64,000 bases of DNA. Source: Octopus sinensis (taxonomy: Eukaryota). Position numbers and translations under genes: made by a program. Shown one piece after another: positions 12,596 to 25,262 of this stretch. The stretch covers positions 20,522,001 through 20,586,000 of the forward strand of contig NC_043002.1 of assembly GCF_006345805.1 (NCBI RefSeq), in the 5' to 3' direction. The notes beneath the pieces were generated by a model, which worked only from the letters and a program-made list of their open reading frames with translations, had not been told where the DNA came from and did not search any database. Each line of letters opens with the position of its first letter. Within the stretch, counting starts at the first letter, position 1.

Positions 12596-13009
12596 CACAC
12601 ACACACATATACAAATACAAACATGCACACATATATGCACACCCATGCATGCATACACATAGACGCACACATGTACACCCACATACTCCCACGGTGAAAA
12701 CTGGAAGTAATCAAACCCATGTGTTTATGTGTTTTTATACACTGACTCACGGTCATACACAAGCTGTTTTGAGGGAATCAGAAACTGCCCCACCCCACCC
12801 CGCTCCCTCTAAAGATTTTTTGGGCAGTGACTTCCAGTTTCATCTGGATTTGACCTTGTCTAACTTCTGGTGACACTTTGAAGTCACTATCATATATTTA
12901 TTCATACCATCTGAAGCACGGCATTCTTCAGCTAATGTTCAAAGTTCATACTAAATAATTAAAACAAACATCCTACGAATATGTATATAGGGGTGGCACC
13001 CACTATAGA

Positions 13010-13275
13010 CTTGTGAGTGGATTTGGTACGCGGAAACTGAAAGAAGCCCCTTATATATATAAATATATGTGTGCGTGTGTGTGTGTTTGTCCTCTAACAT
13101 CATTTGACAACAGATGTTGGTGTATTTGTGTCCCTGTAACTTAGTGGTTTGGTAAAAGGAACTGATAGAATAAGTACCAGTCTTAAAAAAAAAAGTGCTG
13201 GGGTCGATTCATTCTAATGACTGAAACAAGTAAAAGATACAATACATATATAATATATACAAAAGAGTAAAAGAG
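13010..13275 (+). mobile_element. SINE family A, partial
   Basis: CTTGTGAGTGGATTTGGTA through tail. Confidence 0.8.
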
Positions 13276-13287
13276 TATATATGTATA

Positions 13288-13508
13288 CTCTTTTACTCTT
13301 TTACTTGTTTCAGTCATTTGACTACAGCCATGCTGGAGCACTGCCTTTAGTCGAGCAAATCGACCCCAGGACTTATTCTTTGTAAGCCTAGTACTTATTC
13401 TATCAGTGTCTTTTGCTGAACTGCTGAGTTACGGGGATATAAACACACCACCATTGGTTGTCAAGCGATGTTGGGGTGGGGTGGACAAACACAGACACAC
13501 AAACATAT

Positions 13509-13568
<60 letters not shown>

Positions 13569-13740
13569 CATACATACATATATACAATGGGCTTCATTCA
13601 GTTTCCGCCTACCAAATCCACTCACAAGGCTTTGGTCGGCCCGAGGCTATAGTAGAAGACACTTGCCCAAGGTGCCATGCAGTGGGAATGAACCTGCAAC
13701 CATGTGGTTGGTAAGCAAGCTACTTACCACACAGCCACTC

Positions 13741-13742
<2 letters not shown>
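13288..13742 (-). mobile_element. SINE family A, full length with internal (TA)n
   Basis: High similarity to family A consensus as inferred from window copies. Confidence 0.92.
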
Positions 13743-13784
<42 letters not shown>

Positions 13785-13899
13785 CATAATGTGTGTGTAT
13801 ATATTCAAGTTCCACATGTTTATGCTCACAAATATTTATAGATAAATAGGGCACATTCTAGTTGAAATATTTCAACAATTATCTCTTCATATTATACTC

Positions 13900-14056
13900 A
13901 GCAACAACACCACAACAATACCAATACAGCAACAACAACGCTGCTGCTGCTGCTGCTGCTACTACTACTACTACTACTACTACTACTGCTACTACTACTA
14001 CTACTACTACTGCTACTGCTGCTGCTGCTGCTACCACCACCACCACCACCACCACC

Positions 14057-14091
<35 letters not shown>

Positions 14092-14130
14092 TAATAATAA
14101 TAATAATAATAATAATAATAGTAATAATAA
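13900..14130. repeat. Compound trinucleotide microsatellite (CAA/GCT/ACT/ACC/AAT)
   Basis: Direct reading. Confidence 0.95.
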
Positions 14131-14451
14131 AAATGCTATTACTTTTATTATTGATGTTGGTTGTGATGGTTCTTAATAAGAAACAAGTGTTGAATGTTGA
14201 AAGTGTTTGATGAAGAGGAGATAGCGCCAAGGTTTTTTATGGGTAGTTTGCTCACGTGCACACATCCACACACACATGGTGCTCACAGAGAAAAGTGTTT
14301 GTGTGTATCAGCGATGTGTTTATTCTTTTCTTTACAAAATCATAAGGGTACTTGATATACACTTCTCGTTGAAGTGTGTAGGTTCTGCTGTTTATATCTG
14401 GTCAGTAGGTTTAAGAACCTGTATTTTAAGATTTGTCATCATCATCATCAT

Positions 14452-14770
14452 AGTGAAAGTGCATGGCTTAGTGGTTAGGGTACTCAGCTAACGATTGGGA
14501 GGTTGTGAGTTCAGTTCCTGGTGGCGCGTTGTGTCCTTGAGCAAGACATTTTATGTCACATTCCTGCAGTCCACCCAGCTGGTGAAAATGTGTAGTACCT
14601 GTAATTAAAAGGGCCAGCCTTGTCACACTCTGTATCACTCTGAATCTCCCTTAGAACTACATTTTGGGTCTGTGGAGTATTCAGCCACTGGAACATTAAT
14701 TTCACAAGTAGGCTGTTCCATTAATCTGACCAGCTGGAACCCTTGTCATTGTAACCGGCAGAGTGCCAGT
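14452..14770 (+). mobile_element. tRNA-derived SINE family C, alternative 3' body
   Basis: TGGCTTAGTGGTTAGG A box, GAGTTCAGTTCC B box, TGTGTCCTTGAGCAAGACA; body differs from the 9717 copy. Confidence 0.8.
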
Positions 14771-14825
14771 GATCATCATCGCACACACATACATGTATAT
14801 TGAAATTGAAATCAAATTCGATGTA

Positions 14826-15048
14826 GTGTGTACAAAGGGCAGGTTCGTGATCGACGCGGGCTGATGACCCGCGCCTACCGGGAATTCCTCGTTCATGGGG
14901 TTGGTTCCAGGCCCCGATCCCTATCACGGGAGGTGGTTCAGAGGTTTCCCGACCCTCTCGGGCCGGGGGAGACGCGCCCGCTGATACCTCCAGTGTAGCA
15001 CTCATGCGGCCCCGGACATCTAAGGGCATCACAGACCTGTTATCGCTC
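14826..15048 (-). rRNA. 18S rRNA fragment (3' major domain); dispersed pseudogene
   Basis: Plus strand carries reverse complements of universal SSU motifs GTGTGTACAAAGGGCAGG, GGGAATTCCTCGTTCATGG and CCCGGACATCTAAGGGCATCACAGACCTGTTAT in correct order and spacing. Confidence 0.93.
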
Positions 15049-15089
15049 CGCCTCTTCGTCGATAACGTTGTATACTACTCAGACTCATT

Positions 15090-15520
15090 ACCTGCGTCAC
15101 CTTACTGGCACTTGTGTTGGTGGCACATGAAAAAACATTCGAACAAGGCTGTTGCCAGTGCCGTTGGACTGGCTCCTGTGCAGGTGGTACATAAAAAGCA
15201 CCATTTGAGTGTGGCCGTTGCCAGTACTGCCTGACTGGCCCTTGTGCCGGTGGCACGTAAAAGCACCCACTACACTCTCAAAGTGGTTGGCGTTAGGAAG
15301 GGCATCCAGCTGTAGAAACTCTGCCAGATATCAATTCTCTGATCTCAAGTCCAATGAAAATGCCTACTTTCAGTTTTGTGTCACTTTTCTCTGTACCAAA
15401 TTTTACTTATCGGTACTGGAAGCCACAACTATCATGTGTCATTGCTTTTTTGAAGTTTCTCCATGTCAAACCCTCTAACCCATGCCAGCATGGAAAGCTG
15501 ATGTTACATGATGATGATAC
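15090..15520 (+). mobile_element. Family D element with ~55-60-bp internal tandem repeats
   Basis: About three GTTGCCAGT...GACTGGC...GGTGGYAC units, then GGCGTTAGGAAGGGCATCCAGCTGTAGAAAC; tail remnant at 15470-15518. Confidence 0.8.
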
Positions 15521-15849
15521 ATACATACATTCATTTATATGCATTCACATATGGAATTTTGCACTCACACATCGATATTATTCAAATTAGATTGTTGTAG
15601 CAAGGAGTCCACAATGTTAAAAGTGAATTCAGTGTTTGTAATGAATGGAGCATGTTGAATTTATTCAGTGTTTCCTTTACATATAAGCCATTCATTTCTG
15701 TTAGTCAGCATCAGTGTTGCCTATACAACCACACACATACACACACATGCACACATGGATAAATGTCTAGTTGCATGTGTTGCTAATGAGTTCAGAGATG
15801 TGTGAATGGACGCATCCACTGAAGAATGCTTGTTTGACTCTCTTTCTTT

Positions 15850-16053
15850 TTTACTCTCTTTTACTTGTTTCAGTCATTTGACTGCGGCCATGCTGGAGCA
15901 CTGCCTTTAGTCGAGCAAATCGACCCCAGGACTTATTCTTTGTAAGCTTAGTACTTATTCTATTGGTGTCTTTTGCTGAATCGCTAAGTTACGGGATGTA
16001 AACACACCAGCAGCAGTTGTCAAGCAATGTTGGTGGGGACAAACACAGACACA

Positions 16054-16107
<54 letters not shown>

Positions 16108-16268
16108 TATACATATATATGACAGGCTTCTTTCAGTTTCTGCCTGCCAAATCCACTCACAAGGCTTTGGTCGGTCCAAGGCCATAGTAGAAGACATCTG
16201 CTCAAAGTGCCACGCAGTGGGACTGAACCCAGTAAGCAAGCTACTTACCACACAGCCACTCCTACGCC
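15850..16268 (-). mobile_element. SINE family A, full length with internal (CA)n
   Basis: Family A match. Confidence 0.92.
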
Positions 16269-17197
16269 TTGTTTGACTGTTTGTAATGGCCAAGAATTTA
16301 GATGGTTTTTGTATAGTAGGAACACCAGTGCACGCTTCTGCGGTGGGTATCATTATGCTGTCTACTCCTGTGACTAATCTTGTCTGTCTGCCCTCACCTC
16401 TACTCTTTACTAAGTCACTTTTACTCTGTACCAAACTTTGAAGCACTGAAGCATTCTGAAATTATGGTAAATAGGCTTGTTTTTGTCAAATGGAATGAAC
16501 CAGTGAATGAATACGTCAATGTGCATATGTGTATGTATGTATAATTGTATATGCATATATATATATGTGTATGTATGTGTGTATAGACACACATATGTGT
16601 ATGTGATTGAGTGTATGCATATATATATGTATATATGTGTATGAATGTGTGTGTATAGATACATGTATGTGTAGGTATGTGATTGTGTGTGTATATTTGT
16701 ACATGTGCATAAATATGAGTGTGTGTACGTATGTCTATGCATAATTATTTGTGTATCTTTTTTTTCTTTAAGTTTTTGTGTCTGTGATGGAAATGGATAA
16801 ATTTTTGAGACATCTTTAAGTCTGGCAGCAGGATTCTCTTCCCCTCCTTTTACCTTGAGAATCCTTTTACCAAAAAGTTGATGTCAGTATGTTTAATAGA
16901 GTGAGAAACACATTTACATTGGCCACACACACACACACATGCAGCCACTGTATACATATATGGTTATGCACAACCGCACTGTCCAATACATAACTTAGAT
17001 TCACTGTACGTGTTTATAGACACATATAGTCACATTGTATACACAGTTAACACACAGATGTACTATACTCACACAGACTCACTGAACATATGTAAATACT
17101 CACATACATCCACTGCATACATATAGACACGCATGTTGTCACATTATGCATGAACATAATACATATGCACACATACTTTACGCACATAGAGCCACAA

Positions 17198-17388
17198 TCA
17201 TCATCATCATCATCATCATCATTTAACGTCTGCTTTCCATGCTAGCATGGGTTGGACGATTTGACTGAGGTCTGGTGAACCAGACTCCAATATGATCTGG
17301 CAGAGTTTCAACAGCTGGATGCCCTTCCTAACGCCAACCACTCCGAGAGTGTAGTGGGTGCTTTTACGTGCCACCTGCACAGGAGCCA
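17198..17388 (-). mobile_element. Family D element
   Basis: (CAT)n tail and family D body. Confidence 0.85.
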
Positions 17389-17594
17389 CTACATATATAT
17401 ATATAGAGTGAAACATACACATATATAAGCATGTAAAGGAAAATAAATGAATCCTCACTCAATGGAACTACCTGTAGACTGAGTTATAATGTAACCAGCT
17501 GAGTATTCCACAGTATTTGTATGCTGTCTGATATCACTAGTTTCAGTATTTATTTGTGTCTCATCAGATATCATTTACTCAATTTTTGTTTACA

Positions 17595-18010
17595 GACGTA
17601 GGAGTGGCTGTGTTGTCAGTAGCTTGCTTACAAACCGCATGGTTCCAGGTTCAGTCCCACTGCGTGGCACCATGGGCAAGTGTCTTCTACTATAGCCTCG
17701 GGCTGACCAAAGCCTTGTGAGTGGATTTGGTAGATGGAAACTGAAAGAAGCCTGTCATATATATGTAGATATGTATATGTATGTGCATGTATATGTTTGT
17801 GTGTCTGTGTTTGTCCCCCCCCCCCAACATCACTTGACAACTGATGCTGGTGTGTTTTTGTCCTCATAACTTAGTGGTTCGGCAAAAGTGACCAATAGAA
17901 TAAGTACTAGGCTTACAAAGAATAAGTCCTGGGGTCAATTTGCTCAACTAAAGGCAGTGTTCCAGCATGGCCACAGTCAAATGACTGAAACAAATAAAAG
18001 AGTAAAAGAG
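17595..18010 (+). mobile_element. SINE family A, full length
   Basis: Family A match. Confidence 0.92.
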
Positions 18011-18079
18011 AGAGGATGTTGGTTTATTGCTATTTATAGCAGATACAAACTCATACAATATTGAATAGATCTCTTATAT

Positions 18080-18245
18080 ACTCACGGAGTGGTTGGTGTT
18101 AGGAAGGGCATCCAGCTGTAGAAACACTGCCAGATCAGACTGGAGCCTGGTGGAGCCTCCTGGCTTCCCAGACCCCGGTCAAACCGTCCAACCCATGCCA
18201 GCATGGAAAACGGACATTAAACGATGATAATGATGATGATGATGA
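18080..18245 (+). mobile_element. Family D element, 3' part
   Basis: GGAGTGGTTGGTGTTAGGAAGGGCATCCAGC...GGACATTAAACGATGAT. Confidence 0.85.
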
Positions 18246-18549
18246 TTGTGTACATAGTTTTTATTTGGATATGTCAATCAGATACACAAATTGATATCTT
18301 TGAGTAAAATATATGTATATATTTCGTATATATACCTTATTTTGTTTTCATGTGTTACATCATTTATTTCATGCACACACACACACGATCATCATCATCA
18401 TCATCATCATAACATCCCCTTTTTCTATGCTAGCATAGAAGGCAGATGTTAAATGATGATGATAATGATGATATAGCTTGATGTCCTTCATGTCATTAAC
18501 CTTCACCTATTTCCGAGCAAGGGTAATATTTCACCATAACGATAAATGT

Positions 18550-18828
18550 TGCCCTTTTCAAGCCTAGCCAGGCTCATGGGCCCAGTTTCCCGGTTTCTGT
18601 GGCGTGTGTGTTCCCCCCAGCTTGATGGGACTCCAGTTCATCGCAGCGTTACTCAAGAAACAGGAAGAGAGAGTGAGAGAAAGTTGTGGCGAAAGAGTAC
18701 AACAGGGGTCGCCACCACTCCCTGCCAGAGACTCGTGGTGCTTTTAGGTGTTTTAGCTCAATAAACACACACAACGCTCAGGCTGGAAATCGAGACCGCT
18801 GCCGTAACCACTGGACATTGCGCCTCCA
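18550..18828 (-). mobile_element. Chimeric tRNA-derived SINE (39160-type head/body, 9717-type tail)
   Basis: 18665-18828 matches 39280-39464; 18550-18652 is the reverse complement of 9858-9958. Confidence 0.8.
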
Positions 18829-19212
18829 CAATATTTCACTATGGTCAGGCATATTTTCACAGAATATTGGAAATGGGTGACATTCATTTACAACTCTCAT
18901 GTGATGTCCAAGAGAAGGAGACACAAACATATACACACACTCACATACATATATACATAGACATAAATGATGGGCTTCTTTCAGTTCCCATCCTTTCACA
19001 AGGCTTTGGTTGACCCAGGGCTATAGTAGAAGACACTAGCCTAAGGCACCATGTAGTGGGATTGAACCTTAAACTACAAGGTTGCATAGTGAACTTCTTA
19101 ATCTCACAACCATGGCATGCACCTACATATATATATATATATCTTAGATATACTTATATCTGTATATACACATAATATTATGTATGTGTGTGTGTGTGTG
19201 TGAAATAAACTA

Positions 19213-19405
19213 AGGTGGTGAGCTGGCAGAGTCGTTAGCAGTATTTTGTCTGCTGCTATGTTCTGAGTTCACATTCTGCCGAGGTCAACTTTGCTTTTCA
19301 TCCTTTCGGGGCTGATAAATTAAGTACCGGTGAAACACTGGGGTCAATGCAATTGACTATCCCCCTCCACCAAATTTCAGGCCTTGTGCCTATAGTAGAA
19401 AGGAT
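19213..19405 (+). mobile_element. SINE family B
   Basis: Family B match. Confidence 0.85.
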
Positions 19406-19470
19406 TATGTATAGAGCACAAATAGTCCATACTGTACAGAACAAGCTGGAAATATCTGACATATACTTAC

Positions 19471-19534
19471 AAACGGTTTACATAACAAAAAATGATTTAT
19501 GAGATTGTCCAAATTAGGACAATGAATAATGAAC
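19471..19534 (-). other. Candidate 64-nt exon
   Basis: Acceptor TTTGCTTACACAG, donor GTAAGT; open frame FIIHCPNLDNLINHFLLCKPF. Confidence 0.25.
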
Positions 19535-19884
19535 CTGTGTAAGCAAATTGTTATGATACTTTTGTAAATAAATACTTCACAGAAATACATAGAATTATTC
19601 TATTATCCAAAATGAATTTGCAAGACTACTAAATAGGAAATGTAGAATATCATGTTTGGCATGATTAATTAGCTAAAATGAAAAGATACTCAAAACCAAA
19701 ATCTAGTTTCATAGACATGAGATATCTATCATTAATACCCAGTCTCAACTTTTCCCATAAAGTATGGCAAATCCTGCTGTCTGACTGTAGGCAACGTCGC
19801 ACAAATTATAATCTTTTACTATTTTCCATTGATGCAGTCTTCCTTATACTCTGGTATGCATTTGATTGCCAGAAACATGCTTAC

Positions 19885-20155
19885 TAAAGGACTGGATATT
19901 AAAAAGTAGATGTCGTATTTCTGTGGAACTGGATTGGTCACAAAATTTCTTTCCACATGAAAGTTAGATTGCATGACACTTGTAGATGGAGTGTGATACT
20001 GCATGGTAGTGAAACATGGATAATGAATGTGGGCAATAAGCAAACCAGCTTTTGTTATGAATGTTTCTGAGTTATTTCAACCTTGTTCTGCATGTCTGAT
20101 AAAATGAGGTAAGCATACATCCCTAAATGTGCATGAATGATGGAGTCCAAATGAG
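19885..20155 (-). other. Candidate 271-nt exon (one in-frame TGA)
   Basis: Acceptor T10-CTCTCTCAG, donor GTAAGC; unique non-repeat DNA. Confidence 0.25.
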
Positions 20156-20509
20156 CTGAGAGAGAAAAAAAAAACTGAATATAACAGTGAATCATATATC
20201 TGCAATGGTATGAATATATGAGCAAAGACAAAAAAGCAAAAAAAAAACCCCATAAAAACACCCCTTTCCCCAAATCACAAGAGGGATACGTTTTAACAAA
20301 GGTGTTATTAGTCTAACACTTGAAAGGGAAGGGAAAGGGTTTTTAATGTTTCAGATGCTAGTCCTTCAATAGAAAAATGAGAAAGGAAAAATGGTGATGG
20401 AAAGAAGGAGGAGAAGAAGTGTAAAGGAAAAGAGAAAGAGATAAGTGGTCACAGATTAGGGGCAAAGTAGAGAGCATTGAAAATGTCCACACATATCATC
20501 TCTCCTTCT

Positions 20510-20718
20510 TATTCTTTTATTTGTTTCAGTCATTTGACTGTGGCCATGCCTGAGCACCGCCTTTAGTTGAGCAAATCGACCCCAGGACTTATTCTTTGTA
20601 AGCCTAGTACTTATTCTATCAGTCTCTCTTGCCGAACCGCTAAGTTACTGGGACGTAAACACACCAGCATCGGTTGTCAAGCGATGTTGGGGTGACAAAC
20701 ACAGATACACAAATATAT

Positions 20719-20770
<52 letters not shown>

Positions 20771-20934
20771 CGGGCTTCTTTCAGTTTCCATCTACCAAAT
20801 CAACTCACAAGGCTTTGGTTGGCCCGAGGCTATAGTAGAAGACATTTACTCGCTCAAGGTGCCACGCAGTGGGCCTGACTCTGGAACCATGTGGTTGGTA
20901 AGCAAGCTACTTACCACACAGCCACTCCTGCACC
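20510..20934 (-). mobile_element. SINE family A, full length
   Basis: Family A match. Confidence 0.92.
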
Positions 20935-21658
20935 TATATCTATTCCTGTTTATATCTATTTTTGTTTTGTTCCTTTTTCACTCCTACACACAATGTAATA
21001 CACACACATACATACATATACTACACACACATATATAAACTACTCTGCCTTCTCCTTTCTAAACTGTTATCCACTTCATTTTCATTGCAGACTCAGCGAT
21101 TTCCTGTTCACCGTAGCCAGGTACACCTGTATGAAGGAAGGAGGAGAAGAGACCATTTACAAAAGGCCTGTTTCGTGACACTTACACCACACTGCGTTGC
21201 ACTTGAATGGTGCAGTGCATTGTTTCAAGGCAGCTGCACCATGTGCTCCTACAAAATTATTTCTTCTGGTGCATCACAGAGTTTATCTATTTTATTTTTC
21301 TCTTCATCTGTTTGGTAGTGCTGTACATATTCTTGACAACTATGTCAGATATTACATTTGTTTCAAAGGTTGACCCTCTCTCCATGACCATCACTTTAAG
21401 TCAATTTATGAATTAATATAGAAAAAAAAAGCAATAAAAAGACAACCCACTAACTTTTCTGCAATCATTTACCATCATTTTGAAGCAATATATGAATAAA
21501 ATAAAGCATTAAATTTCCTGCTGGGAATTTAGATATAGGATACCCTGAAGCCAAATTTTTGTTGATTTGACGGTGGTGGTGATGATGATGATAATAATAA
21601 TAATAATACCAATACTAATACTACTACTACTACTATTACTACTACTAATAATAATAAT

Positions 21659-22194
21659 ATGCCCCGGTGCAGTACCAGACAGTGGCTCTCATGGCTTCTG
21701 ATCTCAAGTGATTTGAAGCATTATCATGTACATTGTTTTGTCTTGGTGTAAAAGCAAATATTTTACTCAATACCACAGATTTGATTCTTAGTTGTTTGAC
21801 CATAACCAATTGAGTATGTCCCTTAGTGGCTGACGATATGTGCATCTCTGATTACAAGCAGAAGTAGTGGGGGAGCACCATAGCCATGTGTTGAAAGGAG
21901 TTCTTTGGGGTTTGGATAATTCACGTCTGGAAACATGGGTGCTTTGTTCAACATCCTGAAACAACCCTTATTCAGGAACCTATTAAGCGGGATGGGCTAC
22001 TCGACCTGATAAAAATTGTAACTGGGCCCCACCTGCAAGGTCATGTGCTGTTTATCTTGATACGAGATCACCATGTTGCGCACATATGATTGTGATGCAT
22101 ATACCTGGTGTACCCTTATCAGATGGGTTGTCATGATGGGTATACTGGGCTTCATATATTTTACCCCAGTGTCACTTTGATGGCATGCACTGCT

Positions 22195-22197
<3 letters not shown>
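21659..22197 (+). mobile_element. ~540-bp (TAA)n-embedded non-coding retroelement (family E), copy 1
   Basis: ATGCCCCGGTGCAGTACC...GGCATGCACTGCTCT, AAT repeats on both sides; colinear with copies at 33166 and 41910. Confidence 0.9.
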
Positions 22198-22283
<86 letters not shown>

Positions 22284-22287
22284 TAAC

Positions 22288-22320
<33 letters not shown>

Positions 22321-22609
22321 GTGGAGGAGGAGGGGGATTATATTGATGGTACTGATGGTGGTGACTATGTTGATGGTGATTATGATAACAATGACAGTGA
22401 TGGTGATGACAAGGATGACAATGATGATGATGAGGAACAAAGTAGGAGTAGTAGAAGAGGGAGATGAGGATGAAGAGGATTGTGATGATTCCCCACTTAG
22501 GCACAAGGCTACAAATCCTTACAAAGGATACAGTTTGAGTAAATTGATTCCTGCACTTCAATGGGTATTTTATTCTTTAGACCCTCCGATATGGAAAATA
22601 AAAATTATG

Positions 22610-22857
22610 TTAACCCTTTCACTCTGAAATTAAATTTAACGGTTATTTCAGATGTTAAATATCTTCCAAAAAATAGAATTGCCATTTTCTGCAAGTCACA
22701 TTTCCTCAATAAATCTGACAAATCTCAAGAGAAAATAGTTTCAGACATGACATTCTTCAACAAAAGATGGATTGATATATAAAACAGCTTTCTGCTGTTA
22801 AGGGTAATGACATTTTAAGTGCATAAATCTGTCTGCTTTCCATAGTAAAAGGGTTAA
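22610..22857. mobile_element. TTAA-flanked piggyBac-like MITE
   Basis: TTAA-CCCTTTCACT ... AGTAAAAGGG-TTAA. Confidence 0.7.
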
Positions 22858-23613
22858 TGATATTTATTATTTGGTTGTGAGGATAATTAATTAGGCAGTG
22901 CCACCCCAGTATTTGACTGGTAAATTTGTTTATAAAATCCTACATAGGAGAAAGAAAATATAGCAGCAACAACGACAACAACATTAGTAATAATAATTTC
23001 TTTCATTGCCATCACCACAACTACCACTGCAACCGTTGCCACCACCACCACTGCCGCTGCCACCACCACAACCACCACCACCACCACCATCAATTTAATG
23101 TCTACTTTCCCATGTTCACATGGGAAAGCATATTTTTGAAGCTAGATGCTCTCCCTGGAACGAACTCTCTCCTGCTTCTTAGCAAGGTAATATTTCCCCC
23201 TAATCTGGATGAGCTTCCACGGGAGATTACTATCAAAATAAAAAAAAATTTTTCCAAAATTCTAATGACTTTGTTTTCTCAATATTCAATTTCTGTACAT
23301 CCAGTTTCCAACACTTAGCTCATAGTACTGTGGTTGGCCCAGGGCTATAGCAGAAGACATTTGCTCAAAATAAATTTTTTTTTTTCATTGAGTTTGCTTT
23401 ATATTCTTACAAAAGGTTAAATTAAATTTCTTCCCTAATATCTAAAATATATATATATTAAAAAAAAAATACGTATACAATTATGTATCATTGCAATTCT
23501 AAAAAACATGTTAAATAGCATGATTGTATATAATTAATTAAACTGATTGTTTGTTATAAATGACTTCACATTATTCTTGAAATGTTCCTGTTCATATTTA
23601 TTTTACATCACTA

Positions 23614-23838
23614 ATAACCCTTTTGTTACTCTATTTATTTTGAGATGCTCTGTGTTTCTTTCAATTACTTTAATAACAAAGAATTTAGTAAAATAACTTA
23701 GTTATCATTAAGCTAGTGTTAGGAACATAAATTGTGACTAAGGTTTGGTGGAAGATTTTGATTCAAAACTTATGAAAACAAGACATTTGTACTCAGAGCC
23801 AGAGCTGGTTTCAGCCAGGTTGGTAATGAAAGGGTTAA
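23614..23838. mobile_element. TTAA-flanked piggyBac-like MITE
   Basis: TAA-CCCTTTTGTTAC ... GTAATGAAAGGG-TTAA. Confidence 0.7.
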
Positions 23839-23894
23839 GGCTCAAAGGTTTCTAAAGAAGCAATTACTGGTTCATTGTGTTTCTGATTTTGATG

Positions 23895-24193
23895 ATGAAT
23901 GGGCCTCATGGAAGCAGTGACAGATGACTGACAACTTCGGCAATATACTATGCTTGTGTAGACCCGGCAAGCCAAGTGAGACCATAGTCATGGCTGTTGC
24001 TAGTGTCAGGTCAATGGCACCCATGCTGGTGGCACATAAAAAGCTCCCACTACACTCTCGGAGTGGTTGGCATCCAACTGTAGAAATCTTGCTAAATCAG
24101 ATTAGACCCTGGTGCAGCTCCCCAGCTTACCAGTTTTCAGTCAAACCGTCCAACCCATGCCAGCATAGAAAATGGACGTTAAATGATGATGAT
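23895..24193 (+). mobile_element. Family D element
   Basis: Family D body and GGACGTTAAATGATGATGATG tail. Confidence 0.75.
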
Positions 24194-24203
24194 GAAAATG
24201 TTG

Positions 24204-24578
24204 AGGTGCAGGAGTGGCTGTGTGGTAAGTAGCTTGCTTACCAACCACATGGTTCTGGGTTTAGTTCCACTGCGTGGCACCTTGGGCAAGTGTTTTCTAC
24301 TGTAGCCTTGGGCCAACCAAAGCCTTGTGAGTGGATTTGGTAGACGGAAACTGAAAGAAGCCTGTCGTATATATGTATATGTATATATATGTGTCTGTGT
24401 TTGTCCCCCAACATCACTTGACAACCGATGCTTGTGTTTACGTCCCCGTAACTTTGGCAAAAGTGACCGATAGAATAAGTACTAGGCTTACAAAGAATAA
24501 GTTGATTTGCCCGACTAAAGGCGGTGCTCCAGCATGGCCACAGTCAAATGACTGAAACAAGTAAAAGAGTAAAAGAGA
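24204..24578 (+). mobile_element. SINE family A, full length
   Basis: Family A match. Confidence 0.92.
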
Positions 24579-24832
24579 ATCTTTTAGATACAATTCTTAA
24601 TAATATTTAATTATGAAAATTTGATGGGATTTTTTAAAACATAGAATGGCTATAAGGGTCCAGTTGAGTAAAATTGGAATCATAGGGATCAATAGTAAAA
24701 AACTGGTTGAGAACCACTGATTCTAGTTGATTCTGAGTGAAAAGAAGTGATTGGTTGGGGCAGTAGAATGCTGCTTGGATGCCAGCATAAGCTTAGTCAA
24801 TATAAATCAGTTTGCCTGGATTAGGGTATCAC

Positions 24833-25035
24833 GTGACTGGCCCTCGTGCTGGTGGCCCGTAAAAGCACCCTCTACGCTCTCGGAGTGGCTGGCATTAGGA
24901 AGGGCACCTAGCTGTAGAAACTCTGCCAGATCAAGATTGGAGCCTGGTGCAGCCTCCTGGCTTGCCAGTCCTCAGTCAAACCGACCAATCCATGCTAGCA
25001 TGGAAAGTGGACGTTAAACGATGATGATGGTGATG
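24833..25035 (+). mobile_element. Family D element
   Basis: Family D match. Confidence 0.85.
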
Positions 25036-25262
25036 TTGTAATACCTGAGGTAGCCAGTACTCCAGGATGCAAAAATGACAATGTGTCCAGGTATTGCATC
25101 TGTAGATGTATGTAGTAATGTGGGTTGGTTCGATAAAGCTCAGGAAATGGGACATGTTAGTGTGTCCCGAATAGACTGTAATGCTTTAGGCTAAACTGTT
25201 CTTTGAAGAATAGGTATTTGAAAAACAAATTGCATTACTGAATATTAAACAAAATGAACAAA

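Noticed and set aside
13862-14176. Ala/Thr/Asn-rich ORF resembling a low-complexity transcription-factor exon
   Set aside because: Compound trinucleotide repeat with no flanking domain or convincing splice sites
14826-15048. Functional rDNA unit
   Set aside because: Only ~220 bp, with no flanking 18S, ITS or 28S sequence
16313-16345. Plus-strand micro-exon (TAG|GAACACC...CTGCG|GTGGGT)
   Set aside because: Too short and signals too weak to support without transcript data
20962-21416. 118-aa and 69-aa ORFs in unique DNA
   Set aside because: No recognisable motifs; lengths compatible with chance
22108-22467. Asn- and acid-rich ORF
   Set aside because: Starts inside family E and continues through (AAT)n and decayed (GAT/GGT)n
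25033-25100. Hairpin TGTAATACCTG / CAGGTATTGCA as a miRNA precursor
   Set aside because: About 11-bp stem with a ~40-nt loop; not pre-miRNA geometry
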